Source of the DNA: the human T2T-CHM13v2.0 reference genome, Homo sapiens
Reading direction: 5' to 3' (one strand)
Length of the DNA stretch: 64,000 bases
Assembly (NCBI RefSeq): GCF_009914755.1
Contig: NC_060941.1
Position numbers and translations under genes: made by a program. Each line of letters opens with the position of its first letter. The first letter of the stretch is position 1. The notes under the pieces were generated by a model that saw only the letters and a list, made by a program, of their open reading frames with translations, ran no database searches and was not told the origin of the DNA. This document shows positions 53,900-64,000 of this stretch, in pieces.

Positions 53900-55720
53900 T
53901 GTTAACACAGACATTATTAGCAAGAGTTTTAAACAAGTCTAAATACAAAGCTGTTTGTGCAAGATATTTTTAAAAGGCTACGTGTATAATAACCCTGTCA
54001 TTTTAGTGTACTATTAAGTTATTTAGTATAATAGTGCAATATTAAGTTATTTGTAATTTGAAGATTTCTGATCTATACATACTTTGCTTCCTATGTGTGG
54101 GCAAAGCAAAATATGCTCTATTAAGTACATATTGCCAAGAAAAGCCATGAGTGTATTAGGCTTTTGATAAAAATGGGCCAAAAATGGGAATGCTTGCCAC
54201 AGAGCACAGTGAGGGAGGGAGAGCATTGTGAGATGGATTTGTTGTGGAGAGATCTATGCCTACTTTACTAATAGAATAAAAGAAAGTTAATTTCTATTGA
54301 TGGATTTATACAGTGTTACAAATCGGGAATGTTTAGAAAGGCAAGAGGAATACAATGATTGTTTTTGCCATGGTTTACACATTTAGCTTGTGGTAAATGA
54401 CTCACAAAACTGATTTAAAAATCAAAGGTTGATGTTAATTTTGAAAATGACTATTTACGACACGGGCAAAGACTTCATGACTAAAACACCAAAAGCAGTT
54501 GCAACAAAAACCAAAATTGACAAATGGAATCTAATTAAACTAAAGAGCTTCTGCACAGCAAAGGAAACTATCATTAGAGTGAAAAGGCAACCTACAGAAT
54601 GGGAGAAAATTTTTGCAATCTATCTCTCTGACAAAGTTCTAATATTCAGAATCTACAAAGAACTCAAACAAATTTACAAGAAAAAAACAAAAAACCCCAT
54701 CAAAAAGTGGGTGAAGGATATGAACAAACACTTCTCAAAAGAAGACATTTATGAAGCCAACAAACATATGAAAAAAGCTCATCATCAGTGCTCATTAGAG
54801 AAATGCGAATCAAAACCACAATGAGATACCATCTCACACCAGTTAGAATGGTGATCATTAAAAAGTCAAGAAACAATAGATGCTGGCGAGGCTGTGGAGA
54901 AATAGGAACACTTTTACACTGCTGGTGGGAGTGTAAATCAGTTCAACCATTGTGGAAGACAGTGTGGCGATTCCTCAAGGGTCTAGAACCAGAAATACCA
55001 TTTGACCCAGCAATTCCATTACTGGGTACATGCCCGAAGGATTATAAATCATTCTACTATAAAGACACATGCACACATATGTTTGTTGCAGCACTATGTA
55101 CAATAGCAAAGACATGGAACCAACCCAAATTGCCATCAACGATAGAAGGGATAAAGAAAATGTGGCATATAAACACCCTGGAATACTACTCAGCCATAAA
55201 AAATGAGTTCATGTCCTTTACAGGGACGTGGATGAAGCTGGAAACCATCATCCTCAGCAAACTAACACAGGAACAGAAAACCAAACACCTCATGTTCTCA
55301 CTTGTACGTGGGAGTTGAACAGTGAGAACACATGGACACAGGGAGGGGAACATCACACACCAGGGCCTGTTAGTCGGTGGGAGGCAAGGGGAGAGAGCAT
55401 TAGGACAAGTATCTAATGCATGCTGGGCTTAAAACCTAGTGGATGGGTTGATAGATGCAGCAAACCACCATGGCACATGTATACTTGTGTAACAAACCTG
55501 GACATTCTGCACATGTATCCCAGAACTTAAAGTAAAATAATAATAATTAAAAAAAAAAAGAAAATGACTATTTAATCATAGTTCCCAATGAAAACAATGA
55601 CATTTGGTTTGACTTGAGTTGGTTTCGAAGATTTACAGTAAATAGGCTCTTACCACTTGTGAATGACTGGCAAGTTTGCACTAATGACTTTCTTCCAATG
55701 AGGCTCTCTACAGGAAAAGT
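53900..55720 (-). mobile_element. Charlie1-like DNA transposon fragment split by L1PA
   Basis: AT-rich transposase-like sequence continuing on both sides of the L1 TSD; family recalled from memory. Confidence 0.5.
54458..55559 (+). mobile_element. 5'-truncated L1PA (about PA7-8)
   Basis: ORF2 C-terminal peptides ([11 protein letters not shown]...; HCWWECK...), 3'UTR and poly(A); 15-bp TSD GAAAATGACTATTTA. Confidence 0.95.
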
Positions 55721-55990
55721 GGAAGGATCCACGCAGTTTGAGATGCAGGGGCCTCTCTGGGCTTCAGAGAGGAAATGGAGCCCAGAGAAGTTATGGAGCA
55801 TCCAGTTGGTGAGCTGTAGCACCGGGATTCACAGCAGGCTGTGCCACCTCCCTGTGCCCTGTGACCACTGAGAGCAGGCCCTGTTTGCACGCATGTGGCG
55901 ATCTCCAATTTCAGTGTTCTCCCTGTGATATCTCTTTACCCAGTCACTAGGATTTAATGTTTCCACTCAGAAAAGGCAACTGAAGAAGAG

Positions 55991-56433
55991 TGTATTAGTG
56001 AGGGTTCTCTAGAGGGACAGAACTAATGGAATAGCTATATATATAAAGAAGAGTATATTCAATATTAACTCAAATGATCACAAGGTCCCACAATAGGCCA
56101 TCTGCAGGCTGAGAAGCAAGGAGAGACAGTCTGAGTTCTGAAACTGAAGAACTTGGAGTCTGATGTTCAAGGGCAGGAAGCATCCAGCATGGGAGAAAGA
56201 TGTAGGCTGGGAGGCTAGGCCAGTCTCTCTTTTCACATTTTCTGCCTGCTCATATTCTAGCCATGCTGGCAGCTGATTAGATTGTGCCCACCCAGGTTAA
56301 GGGTGGGTCTGCCTTTCCCAGCCTACTGACTCAAATCTTTATCTCCTTTGGCAACACCCTCCCAGACACACCCAGGATCGATACTTTGTATCCTTCAATC
56401 CAATCAAGTTGACCCTCAGTATTAACCGTCACA
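55991..56433 (-). mobile_element. MLT2A-type solo LTR
   Basis: Reverse complement of the HERV-L LTR; TSD AAGAG on both sides. Confidence 0.9.
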
Positions 56434-58184
56434 AAGAGTACGAATGCAGCTCTATAAAATTTTCTCTAAATCCTTTTCCAGCCTCCTTTTGTGTCCCAGT
56501 CTTGGGGATGATATGAATTCTGTCTTGCTTTCCAATTAATAATGTCTCTATTCATCTCATGTTTAATTAGTGCACATGGAGTTACTGAGAAATAAAATAC
56601 GCTGTTAGTTCAACTAAAAAAAAAAAAAAGAAAGTAGGAGAGTGAGAGAAATATTACCTGGCACATGCTTTAAGTAACACAGAAAGGCAAACAGCCCCAC
56701 CTGTGTTAAAGGACTTCCTTGGGCAGATCTTTGCCATCTGACTTTTTAAATTTCACTGTCTCTGACCTTTCAAAGTCTCATGCTGGGTGACACTATATCT
56801 TGGTGCCCATCCTCACTTTCTCATGAAACAGGACAAAGATGTAATCTGATCAACATCTGGGGCTGGTGTGCAGTTAGGCGTTGGAAGGATTTGACAGGAA
56901 TAGGAAGTGATTATCTGCAATATAAAATTCCAGGAAAAATAGAATTCCAGCATATTCAGGAGTCTAAACACAGAAGCCATTGCATGCCTAAGGTCCCACA
57001 AGCCAGCCTGAAAAAAAAGCAATGAAACTTTGATGGCTCCAGATATGAAGGATGAGGTTTGTGGACTGAGGACATCCAGGGATTCCCAACGTCTGCTCAG
57101 TCTTCTCTTAATTTTTTATACATGTGTGACGGCTGCTGTGGATACCTAGCCCTTTCAAATGATATGTTATAAGACCTTGCCAAATGCCCAAATTTGTGAT
57201 TGTCAGCAGAGCTCTGGAAATCTTTTAATGGGAACACTGTTTTGTTTTTCACAAAGAAATAGAGCTTTTATGAAGTCGGTAGAGCGTCTGCTCATTCCCG
57301 CATGCAGGAACAGCATCTGGGAGCTTTACCCAAACCCCAGCCTTGGAGATTCCACATCAGTGGGCCTGAGGTGGGCTTGAAGCATTTGTAAGGTGTGGAC
57401 TTCCTTTGAGCTTCAGTTTCTTCATTTGTGACATGGGGATTCCAATGGAAATGACCCCACAGGCTAGCAGGGCTTCAGGGAGATGACAGGTATAAAATGC
57501 AAGCCGGGGGCCTAACCTACAAGTGCATACTTAACAAAAGTCAACTGTTGTCATTATCATTCCCTCCTTAGCAATACTGCAGCTAAGTGATTGAAATGCA
57601 TGCCTCAGCAAAACTATCACAGGCCATGAATACCCTATGCTGCATATTGGAAACTGCAAATGCTGGAGAAGCAAACGCCAGGTGCTATTGTCTTACACAG
57701 TTTCTGCTAATTAATTTCTTTATCTAATTGTTGTGAGAGTTATTTGCTCGATATTCGCAATTGGGGTAGGTCTTAAGCCTACTCCCTTTTCCAGGGGGGA
57801 AAGGGAAGTAGCTTTCAAGAATACAAAGCAAGAAATAGTCCACTAAAAATTTAACTTGGGAAAGCAAGGTAATAAATATATTGGGCTAATGTGTGAGAAA
57901 TCGGTGTCTCCTTCACTGTGGGTGGAAGTGTAAGTTGATGTAGTCTTTCTGGAGAACAACTTGGCAATATCTTCCCACTGTACAGTAGGTACATCCTTTC
58001 TATTTTCACATATAGGCATTCTGGGGAAATACTGATGTATATAGACAAAGAAGCATGCATGAAATCATCAGTATAGTATTGTTTGTGATAGCAAAAAGAC
58101 TAGAAGCCACCTAAATGTGCAAGAATTGGAGCTTGGATAAATAAAATATGAGCCATTCATATGATGGGATTTTTAGATAACAGG

Positions 58185-58475
58185 GTTTTTTTGAGATGGG
58201 GTCTTGCTCTGTTGTTGCTCAGACTGGAGTGCAGTGGCATGATCATGGCTCACATAGCCTCGACCTCCCAGGCTCAAATGATCTTCCCATTTGAGCCTCT
58301 CAAGTAGCTGGGACAGGCGTGCCACCATGCCCAGCTAATTTTTAAATTTTTTGTAGAGATGGTGTCTCACTATGTTGCCCTCATGGCTGGTTTTGAACTC
58401 CTGGGCTCAGGCAGTCCTCCTGCTTCATCTTCCCAAAATGCTGGGATGATAGGCATGAGTCACCACACTGAGCTG
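58185..58475 (-). mobile_element. AluJ within an old L1M fragment
   Basis: Diverged Alu; flanks 57880-58780 resemble an L1M 3' end. Confidence 0.8.
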
Positions 58476-59039
58476 GCACTTATTTTTTTAAAAAGGAAAA
58501 AAAAGACACTACCCTGGAAAGTTCTCCAAGATATAACATTAAATAAATAAAGCAAAATAATACATATAACTTCATTTATGCAAAAAAAGTAAATATTTGT
58601 ATACACACATGTGTGCATGTAAAAGCATAGGAAAAGGCCTTAGAAAAACACACAGCAAACTGCTAATACTGATAATATTAACGACCTCCCAGTAGGTCAT
58701 TCTGCATGTCTATATTGTTTGAATTGTTCATCACACGAGTTCATTGATGTGTTTCTTGTATAAAAATTAACTTTTAAAGATTATGTTACCTAAGTTAACA
58801 TGATCCTATTTAGGTCACTTTTAGAGAGGGGCATGGGAGCCCTCCCCTGGCTGACAGTGCTCCAGAGGGTCCTCCTGCAGGCTCTTTGGGGCTGTTCTGC
58901 CTGGCCCCACTCCCTCACCAAGGCCAGGCTACTCATCAGCCTAGAATCCAGGCAGCCACTTTGCAGTTGGATTTGGGCTTGCCCTTTGCTGTCCTCTGTG
59001 CTGTCTGGGGACATTGCCCTCCGTCCTGTACTGCGTTGC

Positions 59040-60022
59040 TGACACAGGATTTTTCAGAGCTGCGTAGCCAGCTGGAGACCTCCATGGCTGGTGATACCCC
59101 TGCCTGGGCCTCACTTGGCCCCGGGCTCACCACAGGAGCTACCTCACCCACTCGGCCCAGCAGGCTGTGCTTGGCTTGTGCTCCTGCTTGGATCCTGTGC
59201 TCACCGCAGGATCCACACTAAGCCTGCAGGTGGGCTTGGCTTGCCACAACCTGCTTCCACCTTGGGCACCAATGTCTGGCTGAGAGGAATGCAATGGTGC
59301 ATGAATGGGGATGCGAGCAACCCTAAAGCCCCAGAGGGAGTGTTACAGCAGGCTAACAGCTCTTTTAGTCCCATTGTCCCACTCCAATCCATGGCTCCAG
59401 GGCTGGCCTGGCTCCAGCACTGCTTCCTGTCACATGGGGCGGTTGCCTTCCACCAGCAGAGGGCAGAGAACCACAGTGTTATAGCCTTTGTTGTACTTGC
59501 ATTTGGCAGGTCCCAAGTTCTTGTCCCACATCCAAGAAGAATGAGGTTATGCTGACAACCAAAGGATGAGGAGAGTTTTATTGAGTGACAGCTCTCAGCA
59601 AAGAGAGGACCTAAGAGGGCAGTCCCCTCTCCAAAGTTGGATGGTCTCTTCCTGACTGAAGGTGGGCAGTCCCCCAGTGTGGCTGAGTCCAAGGCTTTTA
59701 TGGGCTCAGAATGGGGTAGTGTGTGCTGATTGGTTTGTGAGTATGCAAGAAAGGCTAAAACAAAGGCACCACTCAAAGGTGGGCACAGCAGTGTAAAAAA
59801 TCAATTAGGGAAGTGTAGGTATATGTAAAATAGGTGAAGGGTGGGGATCAATTAGAGGAAAGTGTGCCAAATGGGAAGAGAGGTTCCCAATCTGGTCTAT
59901 GGATTTATCTAAGACTCGTAGCTTGGCTTTCAGGCTTTAAACCGTCTCTGGTTTGAAGACAGGGTTTCACTGGGGACCCACCCCTGTCTGCCTAGGGATT
60001 TGTCTGCCTCCTGTAGCTATCA
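59040..60022 (-). mobile_element. MER50-like ERV1 solo LTR
   Basis: The - strand starts TGATAGCTACAGGAGGCAGACAAATCCCTAGGCAGACAGGGG and ends CCTGTGTCA; TSD TTGC/CTGC. Confidence 0.75.
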
Positions 60023-60129
60023 CTGCTCCATCTCCAGGTGCCCTGGTCCCTTCTTCAGACTGAGTCATCCTTCCTGGGTGCTTGCAAATTTAGCACCTCC
60101 AAAGATTCTGAGATGCCAATGTGAACTAA

Positions 60130-60592
<463 letters not shown>

Positions 60593-61389
60593 TCACCTCC
60601 TTTGACTGTCATTGGGGTTTTACCTCCACATCTCTTTCACTGAGATTCTGTAATTTGGGTAGGAGAGAGGGCAGGCATCCTACTCAGGCTTGTGTGGAAC
60701 ATTTAGTGTTCTTCTCTTGTTATTTTGTTCACTCTTTAGCTCACTGAAGCAGCATTTCCTCTAGGAACCTCTGAGTACAAAGCAGAGGTCAGAGACCACC
60801 AGGCATCAGGGTAGACTCTGTCTCTCAACCTTCTAGGCCCTCAGCCAGCTTGCAACCTTTGAACACCCATCTTCTCAGGGAGTGACTTCACTACCCACCT
60901 GTTACTGCCCCTGCAGTTAAGCGGCAGCCCGAATTTCATACCTGCATAGGGATCTCAGCTGGGGGGTTGGTCAGCGGCTTCCAAGCACACTTTCAACATC
61001 TCTCCCAGAAGCTCTTCAAATCCTCTTGTCACTGAACCTCCAGGAGGCCCCAGATGGCCCCCAGCACACTACACCTGGCTTCATAGCTTACGCATTCACT
61101 CTGATTTTCTAAATGACACAGAGACGATTCATTTCTTTGGCCACTTTTCCTAAAGGTACCAGGAACATCCATGCCTTGTTGGGATTAGCAAAGTGCTAAA
61201 AAGTGTTCTTAAATGTCTCATGTTTGGCGATTACATCTCCAAGAAACCACTACTGTAATTAGAGAGAAACCAGCTGTGAGATAGAACAGGAACTGGCTCA
61301 CCTGGGGGCACTCCCTGGAGACCTCGTATTTGTGTATACTTCCTGCCCTACTGTTTCTGCTCTGCCTTCCTTTCTGGTGACATTGAGGG

Positions 61390-61512
61390 TACAAATTGTT
61401 CCAGGTGTGTGCAGCACATCAAAGCCTAACTGGAAGAAGGCACAGTCTTCATTTTGGTGGCTTTTATCACCATGAGGATGAGGTGACCTGTGCTCACAGT
61501 CCTCCTTTCAGG
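61390..61512 (+). pseudogene. Putative relic exon 1 of a WFDC17/WFDC18 (Expi)-type WAP gene
   Basis: 61439 onward reads GTVFILVAFITM/fs/EVTCAHSPPFR, resembling the recalled mouse Wfdc18 signal MKTATVFVLVALIFM. The ATG is lost (AAC-TGGAAG), and a degenerate TATA TACAAAT lies at 61390. Confidence 0.55.
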
Positions 61513-62736
61513 ATCGAGGGGAGCAGAGAAGTTTCCAGGCCGAGCCGTAGGCCTGGGGATCATCTGACACAGAGGCAGGCTGTGTCCCCACTGCATTCAT
61601 CAGACCCACTTCCTTTGACCTACAAGAGGGATCACCCTGCATTTTCCATCCTTCTCATCAGATTGGGTTGGGTCTGACCGAAGTTGGATGTGGAGAGTAG
61701 GGTCACTCCTCTAGGTGGGGGATGTGCCCTCCATGTGGGAATCCAAGAGGGAGCAGCTCTGAGGTGAACACAAGGTATGTGCAGGGTGGGAAGATGGCTT
61801 GCTCTGAGCAGAGATTTTATAATATCTTCTTATGAGATGGAAAGAAGGGGGTTATGACAACGCAAATTTCATTCCTGCCAAGACTCTACAGACTTCAGAG
61901 TAGAGAGAATATTCTCCCAAGGGCCAGACTGTGAAAATGGGGAACTTAGAGTGAGAGTGGAATTGAAGAAGCTGAGGGAAGAACACAGAAGCGTGAAGGA
62001 AGAAATGGGACTCCTGCTGACAGTGAGGGCTCCTCATTGGCCAGCAGATCAGCATGCTGGTATTGCTGGTCTCTCCAGCCCACCATGACGTTATCGCATC
62101 ATTCTGACTCTGCAGGACAGGCACAGCTGCTGTCTTCCTTACAGCCGAAGTCTTCCTCGGACTTAGTGAGGAAGGAACAGAGCACAACCAAAAAGCTTTC
62201 CATCTTATAACCCAATGTCCTATGTCTTGCTCTATTTGGTTCATTAAATCTGATTCATCCAGACTATCTTGTGAAGTTTGTATCTTTCTTTGACATCAGT
62301 TATGATCCTCAGATGTCTTGGAAGCCCCCAGGAGCTCATGCTCCCCTGGAGATAGCAGCTTCTGTGGCTACTCAAATGTAATTTAGGGGAAAGGCTAAAA
62401 TAAGTGAAGTCCTTACTTGTGCCCTTCCTGGCAATTTTGATGGGGGATGGGGCATACCACAGAACAGCCCAGCCTCTGTCTGTGGTACCCTGAGGCTTTC
62501 CTGCTCCAGGCTTTAGTGCCCCTTCCTATGCCAAAACAAACATGCCAGGATTTCTCCCCAGGATTGCTCACAATCTTTATAGCCACTGTTCGGGGTTCCA
62601 GGGAATATCCAAAGAAGCTATGAGTAACCTCATGACGATGGAAGTAGAGTGGCCTTGCTAACTGCTGACCTCCTTCTCCAGGAGGAACGGTTACACCTGC
62701 AGTTGACTCTAGCTTTAACGGCTGAGAGAATAAACA

Positions 62737-64000
62737 CAGGCACACCTCATTTTATTGCTACCTCACTTTGTTGCACTTCACAGATACTGCACTTTTTTAC
62801 AAATTGAAGGTTTGTGGCAACCTTGCATTGAGCAAGTCCATCAGTACTATTTTTTCCCAACAGCATGTGTTTACTCTGTGTCTCCAGTAATTCTCTCAAT
62901 ATTTCAAATTTTTCATTACTATTATGTGTTATGGTGGTCTGGGGTTAGTGATCTTTGATGTTATTATTGTAATTGTTTTGGGGTATCACAAACCATGCTC
63001 ATGTAAGACAGTGTACTTAACCCATAAATGCTGTGTGTGTTCTGACTGCTCCACACACCAGCTGTTCTCCCATCTCTCCCCTTCTCCTCAGACCTCCTTA
63101 TTCCCTTAAACACAAAAATATTGAAATGAGGCCAATGAATAACCCTACAATGACCTCTAAGTGTTCAAGTGAAAGGAAGAGTCTCACATCTCTTACTTTA
63201 AATCAAAAGTTAGAAATGCATAAGCTTACTGAAGAAGGCATGTTGAAAGCTGAGACAGGCTGAAAGCTAAGCCTCTTGCACCTGAGAGTCAAGTTGTGAA
63301 TGCAAAGGAAAAGTTCCTGAAGGAAATTAAAAGTGTTACTCCAGTGAATATACAAATGATACAAAAGCAAAGCAGTCTTAACTGCTGATATGGAGGAAGT
63401 TCGAGTGTCCTGGATAGAAGATCAAACCAGCCACAACATTCCCTTAAGCCAAAACCTAATCAAAGCCCTACCTGTCTTCAACTCTGTCAAGGCTGAGAGA
63501 AGTAAGGAGGCTGCAGAAGATAAGTTTGAAGCCAGCAGAGATTGGCTCATGAGGTTTAAGGAAAGAAGATAGAGATGTACAAGTCGTGTCCATAACATAA
63601 AAGTGCAAGGTGAAACAGTAAGTGCTGATGGAGAAGCTGCAGCAAGTTATTCAGAACATCTGGCTAAGATCATTGATGAAGGTGGCTATACTAAAGAACA
63701 GATTTTCAGTGAAGACAAAAGAGCCTTCTGTTGGAAGAAGATGCAATCTAGGAATATTTTATTGCTAGAAAGAACTCAATGCCTGGCCTCAAAACTTCAA
63801 AGAATAGGCTGACTCTTGCTAAGAGCTAATGCAGCTGGTGACTTTAAGTTAAAGCCAGTGCTCATTTAGCATTTCACAAATCCTAGGAGCCTTAAGAATT
63901 ATCCTAAATCTACTCTGCCCATGCTCTAAAAATGGAAAAATAAAGCCTAAACTACATCACATCTGTTGACATCATGATTCACTGAATATTTTAAGCCCGC
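62737..64000 (+). mobile_element. Tigger1 DNA transposon 5' part (runs off the window)
   Basis: 5' end CAGGCACACCTCATTTTATTGC; broken transposase MTSKCSSERKSLTSLTLNQKLEM...[14 protein letters not shown]...KIIDEGGYT. Confidence 0.9.

Noticed and set aside
54429-55318. 131- and 176-aa ORFs
   Set aside because: C-terminal L1 ORF2 remnants of a 5'-truncated element; the same applies to 34777-35925.
59091-59776. Overlapping 154/191-aa ORFs
   Set aside because: They lie entirely within a GC-rich ERV1 LTR and have no recognisable domain.
63033-63812. Transposase-like ORFs (possible TIGD gene)
   Set aside because: Tigger1 copy broken by stops and frameshifts.

Overview
This is primate (apparently human 17q12) genomic DNA from the MIP region of the CC-chemokine cluster. 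It holds the 3' part of CCL18 (exons 2-3, +; exon 1 lies upstream of the window), CCL3 (-) and CCL4 (+) head-to-head, and dense interspersed repeats. The repeats include Alus, L1 fragments, MIRs, DNA transposons, a 7SL pseudogene and an internally deleted HERV-L provirus nested in an older ERV1-type LTR. Reading beyond the ORF track shows more. (1) A degenerate three-exon CCL3-like chemokine pseudogene lies at about 14.6-16.9 kb (-), inside an ancient tandem duplication of the CCL3 unit. (2) CCL18 intron 1 contains a relic CCL3-like promoter and exon 1. The promoter is split by a small L1 insertion, yet the exon keeps a Kozak ATG, an open frame and a phase-compatible donor. (3) A probable relic first exon of a WFDC17/18-type WAP gene lies at about 61.4 kb. 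(4) There are several short templated-insertion scars. All alignments and repeat-family names were made by eye or from memory and need computational confirmation; repeat boundaries are approximate.
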